64,000 nt of DNA. Origin: Thermoanaerobaculia bacterium (GTDB lineage: Bacteria > Acidobacteriota > Thermoanaerobaculia > UBA5066 > Gp7-AA6). Shown here piece after piece: positions 10,983-22,413 of the stretch (the first letter of the stretch is position 1; every line of letters begins with the position of its first letter). Under the pieces are notes generated by a model. The model did not search any database and was not told where the DNA came from. It saw only the letters and a program-made list of their open reading frames with translations. The stretch is from positions 7,899-71,898 of the forward strand of contig JBBRFL010000008.1 of assembly GCA_038224325.1 (NCBI GenBank), written 5' to 3'. The position numbers were made by a program, and so were the translations under genes.

Positions 10983-11689
10983 GGGGGATCCGCGCGATCC
11001 TCTTCGACGCGGGCGGCACGCTCATCCACATCGACGGGCCGCGCTTATGCGAGGCCGCGGGGCTGACCTGGGAGCCGGAGGGGTTTCGCCGCGCGGAGGC
11101 GGCGGCGGTGACCGCGTTGCGGGCGTTCGTGCTCGAGAATCCGGCCGCGCGCGACTCCGTGCGATTGCCCCGCTACCTCTCCGAGATCCTCGGCGGCCTG
11201 GGGCTCGACTCACCCGCGGCCCGAACCGAGGCGGGGCGCCGCGTGGAGGCCGAGCACCGCCGCGCGAACCTCTGGTCGCGCCCGGGACCCCGCGCGGCGG
11301 AAACGCTCGCCGCCCTCTCCGCGCGAGGCTACCGGATCGCCGTCGTCTCCAATGCGGACGGGCGCGTGCGCGCTCTCCTGGACTCGGCCGGCCTGTCCCC
11401 GTGGCTCGAGTTCGTCGTCGACTCGGCGGAGGTCGGCGTCGAGAAGCCGGATCCCCGGATCTTTCACGAGGCGACGGGCCGGCTGGGAGTTCCCCCGTCG
11501 GCCTGCGCCTACGTCGGAGACATCTACGAGATCGACGTCGTCGGGGCGGCCGCCGCGGGCCTGACGCCCGTGCTCATCGGCGGCGGCCCGGCTCCCGAGC
11601 AGGTGCTGCGGGTGGCGGGTCTCGACGAGCTCCTCGGCCTGTTCCCAGGCGTCCCCCGCGAACGCGCGGCGCCGTCTCCGGCCCCGTGA
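10979..11689 (+). CDS. HAD-superfamily hydrolase
   Basis: The GTG at 10979 overlaps the glmM stop. HAD motif I (ILFDAGGTL), motif II (VVSNADG) and motif III/IV (YVGDIYEIDVVGA) are present. Confidence 0.8.
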   Translation: MRGIRAILFDAGGTLIHIDGPRLCEAAGLTWEPEGFRRAEAAAVTALRAFVLENPAARDSVRLPRYLSEILGGLGLDSPAARTEAGRRVEAEHRRANLWSRPGPRAAETLAALSARGYRIAVVSNADGRVRALLDSAGLSPWLEFVVDSAEVGVEKPDPRIFHEATGRLGVPPSACAYVGDIYEIDVVGAAAAGLTPVLIGGGPAPEQVLRVAGLDELLGLFPGVPRERAAPSPAP

Positions 11690-11699
11690 TCGCGGGGGT

Positions 11700-11912
11700 T
11701 CAGTACCGTTCCACGTCCGGCGGAGGTCCGCCCACGACGTTGGGCTCCTGGAAGACGACGGCGGAAGCGGCGATCGGGACGTACACCGTATGGTTACCCG
11801 CTGCAAGGTCCACGCGGCACTCGTAGTAGCCCTGCGGCGAGACGCTCATCAGGAGCGCAGGCTTGTTCTTGAAGTCGAGCATGGGGCAGAACAGGATGAC
11901 CTTGCTGAGCAT
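11700..11912 (-). CDS. Small hypothetical protein (70 aa) coupled to ligA
   Basis: The ATG lies 6 nt after the ligA stop, with aggag inside the ligA 3-prime end. Third-position GC is high. I recognise no family. Confidence 0.5.
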   Translation of the reverse strand: MLSKVILFCPMLDFKNKPALLMSVSPQGYYECRVDLAAGNHTVYVPIAASAVVFQEPNVVGGPPPDVERY

Positions 11913-11918
11913 GTCTCC

Positions 11919-13997
<2,079 letters not shown>

Positions 13998-14032
13998 CTA
14001 TCCCTTCGCCGCGTTGCGATAGAGTCTGCTCA

Positions 14033-16003
14033 ATGTCTCCGGCACAAGTGCGGGCGCTCCTCGCGCTCCTCGGAGCCGCGGCCCTTCCGCTTCGCGCGCA
14101 ACCCTTTCCTTCCCCCGTCGCGTCCTACCAGATCACGTGCCGGCTGGACGCCGACGCGAAAACAGTCGAGGGCACCGAGGTGCTCACCTGGAAGAACACC
14201 ACGTCGCGGCCGGCCGCGACCCTGCGGTTCCACCTCTACCTGAACGCGTTTCGCAACACGCTTTCCACCTTCCGGAGGGAGTCCCGCGGGGACCATCGCG
14301 ACGGCCCTCTGCCCGACTCGTGGGGATCCGTCGAGATCCGACGCATGACGGCCTCCGACGGCGCGGACCTGCTTCCGGCCCTGCGATACGTCTCCCCCGA
14401 CGACAGCAACCCGGACGATCGAACGGTCGCGGAGGTCATCCTCGGCAAACCCGTCGCGCCGGGCGAGACCCTGTCGGTCGCGATCGACTTCCTCTCGCGA
14501 CTCCCGCGGGTTTCGGTCCGCACCGGCTACAAGGACGACTTCTTCATGGTCGTGCAGTGGTTCCCCAAGATCGGGGTCTTTCAGGAGGACGGCTGGAACT
14601 GCCACCAGTTCCACGCGTCGAGCGAGTTCTTCTCGGATTTCGGCAACTACGACGTCTCCCTCGATCTGCCGCTGCGCTTCCGGGGGAAGGTCGGCGCGAC
14701 GGGCCGCCGGATCGACGAGCGCGAGACCTCCGGCGGGCGCGTCCTGTACCGCTTCCAGCAGGACGGCGTCCACGACTTCGCGTGGACTGCGGATCCCGGC
14801 TACGTCGTGCGCGAGGACGCCTTCCGGGAGGCGGGCCTGCACGACGTCCAGCTCACGCTCCTGCTCCAGCCCGAGCACGCGGGCCAGGCGGAGCGGCACT
14901 TCCGCGCGGCGAAGGCGGCCCTCTCCGGGTACGGGCGAATCCTGGGCACCTACCCCTACGGGACGCTCACGATCGTCGATCCGCCTTGGGGCGCCCACGG
15001 CGCGGGCGGGATGGAGTACCCGACGCTGATCACGGCCGGTACGGCCTGGAGCGCGCCGCGAAGCGTCCAGCGGCCCGAGGGGGTAACCGTCCACGAGACC
15101 GGCCACCAGTTCTTCTACGGCGTGATCGCCTCCAACGAGTTCGAGGAGGCCTGGCTCGACGAGGGGTTCAACACCTACATGACCGACCGCGTGATGCAGG
15201 CGACATACGGGGACGATCACGTCGAGCTGACCGTCTTCGGCCTGCACTTCCCGCTCGGGATCGACATCCACCATCCGCTGGACACCGACCGCCGCTACTT
15301 CGAGACTGCCGACTGGGACGTGCTGGCCTCCCCGAGCTGGAAGTTCCGCAGCCGCAAGTCCTACGGCAGCCTGATCTATTCCAAGACCGCCCTCACCCTG
15401 GCGACCCTCGAGCGCCTCATCGGCACCCCGGCGATGGACCGGGTGTGGCGGCTCTACGCCGAGCGCTGGCGGTTCCGGCACCCGCGCAGCTCCGACTTCA
15501 TCGCCGCCGTGCGGGACGCGACGGGGCAGGACTGGGGCTGGTTCTTCGATCGGACCTTCTTCTCCTCCGGCGTGGTGGACTACGCGGTCGAGGAGGCGGT
15601 CAGCACGCCCGCGAAGCCCCCGCGCGGACTCTTCGAGAAGGAAGGGAAGCTCGCCGAGGGAGCGCCCTCCCCGCTCTCCCGCGCGAAGGGATACGACAGC
15701 GAGGTCACGGTCGTTCGCCGCGGCGACGTCGCGATGCCGGTCGACATCCTGCTGCGATTCGACGCCGGGCACGTCTATCGCAGTCACTGGAACGGGGAGG
15801 CGCGCTGGACTCGCTTTCGCGTGGCGGGCGGGCCCCGCCTGCAGGAAGCCACCGTCGATCCGGAGGAGAAGATCCTGCTCGACGCGGACCGCACCAACAA
15901 CGGCCGCCGGCCCGAGGCGGACCCGCGCGCGGCGACGCGCTGGACGGCGCGGGCGGTCTTCTGGGTCCAGAACATGATCGACTTCATGACGGTGGGCTGG
16001 TGA
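14033..16003 (+). CDS. Secreted M1-family zinc metallopeptidase
   Basis: HETGHQFFYG...WLDEGFNTY gives the HExxH-18-E signature. I prefer the ATG at 14033 because it produces a signal peptide (MSPAQVRALLALLGAAALPLRA). Confidence 0.85.
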   Translation: MSPAQVRALLALLGAAALPLRAQPFPSPVASYQITCRLDADAKTVEGTEVLTWKNTTSRPAATLRFHLYLNAFRNTLSTFRRESRGDHRDGPLPDSWGSVEIRRMTASDGADLLPALRYVSPDDSNPDDRTVAEVILGKPVAPGETLSVAIDFLSRLPRVSVRTGYKDDFFMVVQWFPKIGVFQEDGWNCHQFHASSEFFSDFGNYDVSLDLPLRFRGKVGATGRRIDERETSGGRVLYRFQQDGVHDFAWTADPGYVVREDAFREAGLHDVQLTLLLQPEHAGQAERHFRAAKAALSGYGRILGTYPYGTLTIVDPPWGAHGAGGMEYPTLITAGTAWSAPRSVQRPEGVTVHETGHQFFYGVIASNEFEEAWLDEGFNTYMTDRVMQATYGDDHVELTVFGLHFPLGIDIHHPLDTDRRYFETADWDVLASPSWKFRSRKSYGSLIYSKTALTLATLERLIGTPAMDRVWRLYAERWRFRHPRSSDFIAAVRDATGQDWGWFFDRTFFSSGVVDYAVEEAVSTPAKPPRGLFEKEGKLAEGAPSPLSRAKGYDSEVTVVRRGDVAMPVDILLRFDAGHVYRSHWNGEARWTRFRVAGGPRLQEATVDPEEKILLDADRTNNGRRPEADPRAATRWTARAVFWVQNMIDFMTVGW

Positions 16004-17013
16004 ACGCCGACGGGCCGCGGGCGTTCGCCTGCTTCCTGCGGGGCCTGAGGCTCTCTTTCTCCAAGCCCTACCTCGCCGTCGCGCTGTGGCTCATCCAGCT
16101 CCTGATGGCGGCGGTCCTGATCCTGCCCATCAGCAACTCCCTCCACGCCCTTCTCGACCACTCCCCCGCCGCCGACAAGATGGTCGCGAATCCCGACTAC
16201 GGCTGGTGGGAGACCGTCCGGCGCGTGCATCCGGATCTGCTGGGCAACTTCCCGGAGCTCGCGACGGGCCTGCTGACCTCGGACGGGATCAAGTGGACCG
16301 CGCTTCCCGAGATGCGGGGAATCGGCGCCGCCGCATTCTCCCTCGCGCTCCTCGCGACGGTGCTTCACGCCTTCGGTCTCGGAGGAATGCTCGGAGCGCT
16401 TCGGGAGCCCCAGAGCTCGCTCGTGACCTTCGGGCGGGAGGGAATGCGCCGATTGCCGGCGTTCCTCGTTTTCACGTTCGCCGCCCTCGGGTGCGCATTC
16501 GCCGCCTATGAGTGGATCTACGAGAGATCCGGAGAGGCGATGCGCGACCGGGTTCGCGCGCTGCCGACCGAGCCCATGGCCCTCGCCGTCACCGGAATTC
16601 GACTCCTGGCGCTCCTGCTGGCACTCTCGATCATCAAGCTGCTGGCCGACTCGGTGCGCGCGGTTTGGGTGGCCCGGCCCGATCTGCCGCCCGTCTCCCG
16701 CTTCTTCTTCGGGATCGGCGGGGCGTTCGCTCGGCCGCTGCGGCTGCTCGGGATCCTCGGCATCTACTCCCTGGTGACTTCGGCCCTCTACGTCGCGTGG
16801 CTCGTGCTCGATCCGTCGGCCGGCGGGGAGGCGCGCTTCGCGCTGGTTCCGCTGATCCTGGCGCAACAGGTGTTCGTGTTCGTCCGCCTCCTGATCAAGA
16901 TCGGCTACTACGCGGGAATCTCCGAGGCGCTGACGCGGACCCCCTCGCCGGAGTACTCCTACGTGGCGTCACCTCCTGCCGGAGGACACGAACCCCCGCT
17001 CGACGAGTCGTAG
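16000..17013 (+). CDS. Hypothetical polytopic membrane protein, translationally coupled to the M1 peptidase
   Basis: The GTG at 16000 overlaps the peptidase stop (GTGA). Several hydrophobic helices are visible (LAVALWLIQLLMAAVLILPI, FSLALLATVLHAFGLGGML, ...). Confidence 0.6.
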   Translation: MNADGPRAFACFLRGLRLSFSKPYLAVALWLIQLLMAAVLILPISNSLHALLDHSPAADKMVANPDYGWWETVRRVHPDLLGNFPELATGLLTSDGIKWTALPEMRGIGAAAFSLALLATVLHAFGLGGMLGALREPQSSLVTFGREGMRRLPAFLVFTFAALGCAFAAYEWIYERSGEAMRDRVRALPTEPMALAVTGIRLLALLLALSIIKLLADSVRAVWVARPDLPPVSRFFFGIGGAFARPLRLLGILGIYSLVTSALYVAWLVLDPSAGGEARFALVPLILAQQVFVFVRLLIKIGYYAGISEALTRTPSPEYSYVASPPAGGHEPPLDES

Positions 17014-18024
17014 CCCCGCGTCGAAGCGAACCCGATAGACGAACGGCTGCCGCCGCAGCCCCTCCGTCCCTCCCGGCTCCCAGGGCCCCGAGAACCACGG
17101 CAGGAACCGGAGGTCCTGCACGATGACCGTCCATCCTCCGTCCGGCTCCGGGTCGACGGTCTCCAGGGGAAACCGCGCGAAGGCCAGGTAAATCCCCCAG
17201 TCCGGAATCGCGCGGGCGGCGGACAGCGCCGCGGAGGGCGGCGGCTTGGCGAAGCGCTGGATCCGGGCCCGCTCCGGCGGCGGGTAGTAGTCGCCGAGGC
17301 TTCGCAGGATCTCGGACCATTTCCGCGGCGGCCGCGGATCGGCCGTCCCGCGGGCGAAGGGCCCGATGTCGAAGAACGCGACGTCGATCTCCTCGCCCCG
17401 ATCGGTCAAGCCCAGCCAACGGAAGGGCGAGAGGAACTGGGGCAGCACGGCGGCGTTGGCGCCGAGCGGCACGGCGTCGATGCGCTTCCACTCCGCGAGA
17501 GCCCGGGCGTGGAGGACGGCGCAGCCCGCGATGTAGAGCCCCAGGAGGGCGGAGCCCGCCGCGCTGATGCGCCGCGCCCGCGTCGGGAACAGGAGCGCGG
17601 CCGTCAGCGACAAGAGCACCGTCCCCGTGAAAATGGGATCCAGGATGAACACCCAGTCGAGCGAGTACCGCGCGCGGGTGGCCGGCGTCCAGAACATCGT
17701 GCCGAAGGACGTGATCCAGTCGAAGAGGATGTGGGACCCGACTCCGACCGCGGCGAACAGCCACAGCACCGGAAGGCGCGCCCGGCGGAAGAGAAGACGG
17801 GCGAGCAGCGCGATCGCGAGGGACAGGAACGGAAGGACCAGAAAGGAATGCGTCCAGCTGCGGTGGTCCCGCAGGTAGTTGAGGTGGCCCGAGATCAGAA
17901 GGAAGTCGAGATCCGGGACCATGGCCGCCACCGCGCCGACCCAGAACGCGGCGCGCGCCTCCGATCGATCCGTGAAGACGCGGGAGAGGACCGAGCCGGC
18001 GAGCCCGTGGGTGACGGTATCCAT
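16969..18024 (-). CDS. Membrane-bound metal-dependent hydrolase (YdjM/YbcI, DUF457 family) with an extra C-terminal domain
   Basis: Start chosen at MDTVTHGLAGSVL...VPDLDFL...HRSWTHSF, the family signature. The track ORF starts 67 codons earlier in Arg/Ser-rich sequence. Confidence 0.75.
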   Translation of the reverse strand: MDTVTHGLAGSVLSRVFTDRSEARAAFWVGAVAAMVPDLDFLLISGHLNYLRDHRSWTHSFLVLPFLSLAIALLARLLFRRARLPVLWLFAAVGVGSHILFDWITSFGTMFWTPATRARYSLDWVFILDPIFTGTVLLSLTAALLFPTRARRISAAGSALLGLYIAGCAVLHARALAEWKRIDAVPLGANAAVLPQFLSPFRWLGLTDRGEEIDVAFFDIGPFARGTADPRPPRKWSEILRSLGDYYPPPERARIQRFAKPPPSAALSAARAIPDWGIYLAFARFPLETVDPEPDGGWTVIVQDLRFLPWFSGPWEPGGTEGLRRQPFVYRVRFDAGLRLVERGFVSSGRR

Positions 18025-18070
18025 GCGGGGCCGGATGATAGCTCGCCGGATAACTGATAACTTTCTCCCG

Positions 18071-18787
18071 ATGGAGCAGTCGCTGAGGGGAAAGGTCGCG
18101 CTCCTGACGGGAGCCTCTTCCGGGCTCGGCCGCGCGTTCGCGACCGCGCTCGCCTCGGCCGGGGCGAAAGTCTTCCTCGTCGCCCGGCGCGAGGAGAGGC
18201 TACGCGAGGTCGTGCGCGAAATCACGGATGCGGGCGGGGACGCCGCGTACCACGTCGCGGACGTTCGGGTGGTGCCGGCGCTCTACGACCTCGTGGACGT
18301 CGTCCTCTCGCGGCACCGCCGGCTCGACATCCTGATCAACAACGCGGGCCTCGGATACCGTTCGCCGCTCCTCGAGACGAAACGGTCCGAGATCTGCGAG
18401 ATGCTCGAGACGGATCTGCACGCCGCCATCTTCCTGACCCAGGCGGCGCTGAACGCGCTCCTGAAGAGCGTCCCCTCCGACATCGTCAACGTCGCCTCCA
18501 TCGCCGGTCTCGAGGGGTTTGCGGAGGGCACGGTCTACTGCGCCGCCAAGGCCGGGCTCGTGGGGTTCTCTCGCGCGCTCGCCGCGGAGCTGAAGCCGGC
18601 CAACGTCCGCGTCACGGCCCTCTGCCCGGGGTCGGTCGACACCGAGTTCTTCGAACGCTACCAGCCGACCATAGATCGCCCGCGGATGCTCTCCGTGGAC
18701 GACGCGGTGCGGGCGCTCCTCTACGTCCTGACCTCGCCCTCGAACGTCGTTCACGGCGAGGTCGTGCTTCGACCCCGCGTGGTCTGA
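18071..18787 (+). CDS. SDR-family oxidoreductase
   Basis: Contains TGASSGLG, NNAG and YCAAKAG (YxxxK). Start chosen at MEQSLRGKVALLTG. Confidence 0.9.
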   Translation: MEQSLRGKVALLTGASSGLGRAFATALASAGAKVFLVARREERLREVVREITDAGGDAAYHVADVRVVPALYDLVDVVLSRHRRLDILINNAGLGYRSPLLETKRSEICEMLETDLHAAIFLTQAALNALLKSVPSDIVNVASIAGLEGFAEGTVYCAAKAGLVGFSRALAAELKPANVRVTALCPGSVDTEFFERYQPTIDRPRMLSVDDAVRALLYVLTSPSNVVHGEVVLRPRVV

Positions 18788-18842
18788 GTCCGGATCGGGA
18801 AGTCGGCGCGTCCCGTCCCTCACCCGTATAATTCGCCAGTCC

Positions 18843-19535
18843 ATGCCCTCCATCCTCCTTGTCGACGACAGCGGTCTGTTTCGAGGGGCGGCCAAAGAGG
18901 TCCTGAGCCGAACCGGCTGCCAGACCATTGCCGCCTCCGGGGGAACCGAAGCGCTCGACATCGTGCGCCGCGAGCGGCCGCAGATGCTCGTGGTCAGCTC
19001 CGGAATGAAGGGCATGACGGGGCTGGACCTCTGCCGTGTCCTGAAGGCGGACCCCGCGTTCTCCCGGATGCCGATCGTCCTCGTGTGCGCCTCCGGAACC
19101 GAGGAGGCCGCGGCCGAGGCCGGAGCCGACGCCGTCCTCGCCGAGCCCCTGAACCCGGAGGCGATGTTCGCCGCGGTCCGAAGGTTTCTCCAGATCATGC
19201 CCCGGGAGGAGGCGCGGTCTGCCGTCGAGTGGTCGATCACCTTCTGGCGGGACGGCCTGCAACACACGGGCACGATCCGGGATCTCTCCCGCGGAGGCTT
19301 CTTCGTGAAGACGCCCGTCCACCAGCCCGTCGGAGCGCGCGTGGAGGTGTCCTTCGACGTGCCGGTCGAGCACGGCGTGCGCAACGTCGTGGCCGAGGCG
19401 ATGATCGTCCGTGTCGGCCGCGAGCCGGACGCGGGGCTGGGTTGCCGGTTCTTCCAGCTCTCCGCGGGCTCGCGGGGCCACCTGGAGGAGTGCCTCACGA
19501 TCCTCGCTCTCGGGGAGACACCCGCCCCGTCCTAG
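18843..19535 (+). CDS. Receiver-domain plus PilZ-domain protein; the receiver appears to lack the phospho-acceptor Asp
   Basis: The N-terminal CheY-like fold starts ILLVDDSGLF. The position of the acceptor Asp reads MLVVSSGMKGMTG. The C-terminal PilZ motifs REEAR...DLSRGG (RxxxR, DxSxxG) are present. Confidence 0.75.
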   Translation: MPSILLVDDSGLFRGAAKEVLSRTGCQTIAASGGTEALDIVRRERPQMLVVSSGMKGMTGLDLCRVLKADPAFSRMPIVLVCASGTEEAAAEAGADAVLAEPLNPEAMFAAVRRFLQIMPREEARSAVEWSITFWRDGLQHTGTIRDLSRGGFFVKTPVHQPVGARVEVSFDVPVEHGVRNVVAEAMIVRVGREPDAGLGCRFFQLSAGSRGHLEECLTILALGETPAPS

Positions 19536-19570
19536 ATTCTCGATCGCGCCGAGAGTCCCTCTCCACTCCC

Positions 19571-19590
19571 GTCGGCGCGTCGAGCGCCGC
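19571..19590. repeat. Copy 2 of the conserved hairpin element (GTCGGCGCGTCGAGCGCCGC)
   Basis: Identical 20-mer to 2573..2592. It abuts the stop codon of the dCMP deaminase gene. Confidence 0.7.
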
Positions 19591-20019
19591 TTAGAGCGAC
19601 AGGTCCACCAGCTCGATCCCCGCCTCCTTCGCCACCTGGATCGATCGCTCGTCGCGATAGAACTCGCCGAAGTAGACGCGGGAGAGGCCCGCATTGGCGA
19701 TGAGCTTGAAGCATGGCCAGCAGGGGCTGGCGGTCGTGTACAGCTCGGCTTCGCCGATCGCGACCCCGTTGCGCGCGGCCTGGATGATGGCGTTGGCCTC
19801 GGCGTGCACGGTCGAGACGCAGTGGCCGTCCTCCATCACGCAGCCGACGTCGCAACAGTGCGGCATTCCCCGGATCGAGCCGTTGTACCCGGTCGATAGG
19901 ATCGTACGATCGCGAACGATCACGGCGCCGACGTGCTTGCGCGGGCAGGTGGAGCGCGTCGCCACCTGGTGGGCGATGTTCATGAAGTACGTGTGCCAGT
20001 CGACGCGTTGTTCCGTCAT
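19591..20019 (-). CDS. dCMP deaminase (ComEB-type cytidine/deoxycytidylate deaminase)
   Basis: Zinc motifs HAEANAI and PCWPCFKLI are present. Start chosen at MTEQRVDWHTYFMNIA. Confidence 0.85.
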   Translation of the reverse strand: MTEQRVDWHTYFMNIAHQVATRSTCPRKHVGAVIVRDRTILSTGYNGSIRGMPHCCDVGCVMEDGHCVSTVHAEANAIIQAARNGVAIGEAELYTTASPCWPCFKLIANAGLSRVYFGEFYRDERSIQVAKEAGIELVDLSL

Positions 20020-20075
20020 CGCGGGGATTATGCCTGACGGGTCAAGCACGGCCCCGCGTATGGCAGAATCGGCGC

Positions 20076-21302
20076 GTGCCACGGGATCGCCGCGTCGTCA
20101 TCACGGGGTTGGGCGCCGTCACGTCGATCGGCGGCTCCGTGGCGGAGTTCTGGCAGAACCTGCTCGCCGGCGCCTGCGGCATCGGGCCCTTCACCCTGTT
20201 CGACTCCTCGGCCTACCGCACCCAGACCGCGGCGCAGGTCTCCCACATCCCCGACGCCTTCTTGACGGCCGGGCAGCGGCGGCGGATGTCGCGCGCCGAT
20301 CGCATGGGCGTCGCGGCCGCGCGCGAGGCGATCCAGGCATCGGGCCTCGACATGGCCCGCGAGGACCCGACCCGCATCGGCGTCATCCTGGGAGGGGGGA
20401 CCTCGGGCCTGATCGACTCGGAGGCCTTCTTCGAGCGATACCTGCGCGGCCGCAAGGCGCGGCCCTCGAAAGTCCTCAACCACCTGCCCGACTCGATCAC
20501 CGACAGGGTGGCGCAGCACTTCGGGCTCCAGGGCGTCAAGTCGACGATCACCACGGCCTGCTCCTCGTCCGCCAACGCGATGGGCTACGCCTTCGACGCC
20601 ATCTCCGCGGGCCTCGCCGACGTCGTCCTGACCGGCGGCTCGGACGTCCTCGCCCGCTTGACCTACGGCGGATTCAACTCGCTGCGGTCCGTGGACCCCG
20701 CCCCGTGCCGGCCCTTCGATCGCGAACGAAAGGGCCTCTCGATCGGTGAGGCCGCCGGCATCCTCGTCTTCGAGGAGGAGGGGCGCGCGCGGCGGCGGGG
20801 CGCGCCCGTCGTGGCGGAGTTTCGCGGCTACGGCGTGACGTCGGACGCGCACCACATGACCGCTCCGGATCCCTCGGGGGAGGCCGGCGGCCGGACCCTG
20901 CGCGCCGCGCTGCGGGACGCGGGCGTCAACGCCGACGAGGTCGACTACGTCAACGCGCACGGCACGGCCACGCCGCAGAACGACTCGGCCGAGACCGCCG
21001 CGCTCAAGAACGCGCTCGGCGACCGGGCCGCCCGGATCCCGATCTCCTCGATCAAGTCGATGATCGGGCACTGCCTCTGCGCCTCCGGGGCGATCGAGGC
21101 CGTCGCGACCGCCCTCACGGTCCGGGACGGAAAAGTGCCGCCCACGATCCACTACGAGAACCCGGACCCGGCCTGCGATCTCGACTACGTGCCCAACGAG
21201 GCGAGGGACCGGGACGTTCGCGTCGCCCTCTCGAACTCCTTCGCGTTCGGCGGCAACAGCTCCGTCGTGGTGCTCGCGCGCTACGACGGCGCGCCCGCCT
21301 GA
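20076..21302 (+). CDS. Beta-ketoacyl synthase (FabF/KAS II-like) with an intact catalytic triad
   Basis: N-terminus RRVVITGLGAVTSIG. The Cys (ITTACSSSANAMG) and both His residues (VNAHGTATPQND, SMIGHCLCASGAIE) are present. Confidence 0.9.
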   Translation: MPRDRRVVITGLGAVTSIGGSVAEFWQNLLAGACGIGPFTLFDSSAYRTQTAAQVSHIPDAFLTAGQRRRMSRADRMGVAAAREAIQASGLDMAREDPTRIGVILGGGTSGLIDSEAFFERYLRGRKARPSKVLNHLPDSITDRVAQHFGLQGVKSTITTACSSSANAMGYAFDAISAGLADVVLTGGSDVLARLTYGGFNSLRSVDPAPCRPFDRERKGLSIGEAAGILVFEEEGRARRRGAPVVAEFRGYGVTSDAHHMTAPDPSGEAGGRTLRAALRDAGVNADEVDYVNAHGTATPQNDSAETAALKNALGDRAARIPISSIKSMIGHCLCASGAIEAVATALTVRDGKVPPTIHYENPDPACDLDYVPNEARDRDVRVALSNSFAFGGNSSVVVLARYDGAPA

Positions 21303-21306
21303 GCGC

Positions 21307-22413
21307 GTGGTCTCGCGGGGCGTGGTGACGGGAACGGGAGCGGTCGGGGCACTGGGCCGGAGCGCCCCGGAGTTCTATCGACGCCTGCGCAACGGCGAGA
21401 CCGCGATCCGCCCGCTCCGACCGGAGGAGCGCGGGGACCTCCAGGCGACGCACGTCGCGCGGTACGACGGGTTCTCGCCGCAGCCGGAGATCCCCGCGAT
21501 GAAGGCGCGGCGTCTGGACCGAGGCAGCCAGTTCGCGCTGATCGCCTGCTCGCAGGCCGTTTCGGAGGCCGGCTACCGGATCGCCGACGCGCCCGAGCAC
21601 ATCGGGATCGCGATGGGGACCGGCTCCGCCGGGGCCGGCGCGCTGACGGAGTTCCTCCGGGTGCTGCTCACCGAGTCGCCCGAGGCCGCTCCCCCGTTTC
21701 ACTTCCCCAACACGGTCGCCAACGCTCCCGCCTCCCAGGTCTCGATCGAGCTCCGGATCCTCGGCCCCAACGTGACGATCACCCAGAAGGACCCCTCCGG
21801 GCTGAACGCGCTCCTCTTCTCCTGCCTCGCCCTGGACTCGGGCCGGGCCCGGGCGATGCTGACCGGAGCCGTGGACGAGTGGAACGCGGCCTACGCCATG
21901 GGCTTCGACCGGGTCGGCGCGCTGCGCGGGGCCCGGCGCGTCTCGGGAATCGTGCAGGGCGAGGGCGCGTTCGTCGTGCTCATCGAGCGCGAGGAGGGGG
22001 CGCAGGCCCGCGGCGCGCGGCCGCTCGCGCGCGTGACGGGGATCGGCACGGCGGGAGTGCCGACCGAGCCCTACCGGTTCGCGCCCGACTCGGGGGCGAT
22101 GGAGCGCGCGATTCGCGGGGCCCTGGATGACGCGAAGGCGGCGCCCGGGACGGTCGACCTCTGGCTGCCTTCCCGCGACGGAGTGATCGAGATGGACCGG
22201 GCCGAGGAGCGGGCGATGGACGCGATCTTCGGGACCGCGCTGCCCGCCGAGATCTCGGTGAAGGACGCCATCGGGGAGATGGCGGCGGCCGGAGGGGCGC
22301 AGCTGGTGGCCGCCTGCCGGGCCCTCGCGGATGGCGGCGCGCGCCGCGCGCTGATCAACTCCTTCGGCGCGGGCGGCAACTTCCTCTCCGCGGTCCTGGA
22401 GGCCGCAGCGTGA
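21307..22413 (+). CDS. Ketosynthase-fold partner lacking the Cys-His-His triad (chain-length-factor-like)
   Basis: It aligns to the upstream KS. The Cys position reads TITQKDPSG (Cys to Asp). His1 reads LPSRDGV and His2 reads AIGEMAAAG. It lies 4 nt after the KS stop. Confidence 0.75.
   Translation: MVSRGVVTGTGAVGALGRSAPEFYRRLRNGETAIRPLRPEERGDLQATHVARYDGFSPQPEIPAMKARRLDRGSQFALIACSQAVSEAGYRIADAPEHIGIAMGTGSAGAGALTEFLRVLLTESPEAAPPFHFPNTVANAPASQVSIELRILGPNVTITQKDPSGLNALLFSCLALDSGRARAMLTGAVDEWNAAYAMGFDRVGALRGARRVSGIVQGEGAFVVLIEREEGAQARGARPLARVTGIGTAGVPTEPYRFAPDSGAMERAIRGALDDAKAAPGTVDLWLPSRDGVIEMDRAEERAMDAIFGTALPAEISVKDAIGEMAAAGGAQLVAACRALADGGARRALINSFGAGGNFLSAVLEAAA

Noticed and set aside
16969-17013. 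A 45-nt overlap between the convergent membrane-protein gene (ends 17013) and the YdjM-like hydrolase gene (ends 16969), considered as a sign of mis-annotation.
   Set aside because: Both C-terminal extensions are plausible and no alternative stop exists. Short convergent overlaps are common in compact high-GC genomes, so nothing further can be concluded from sequence alone.
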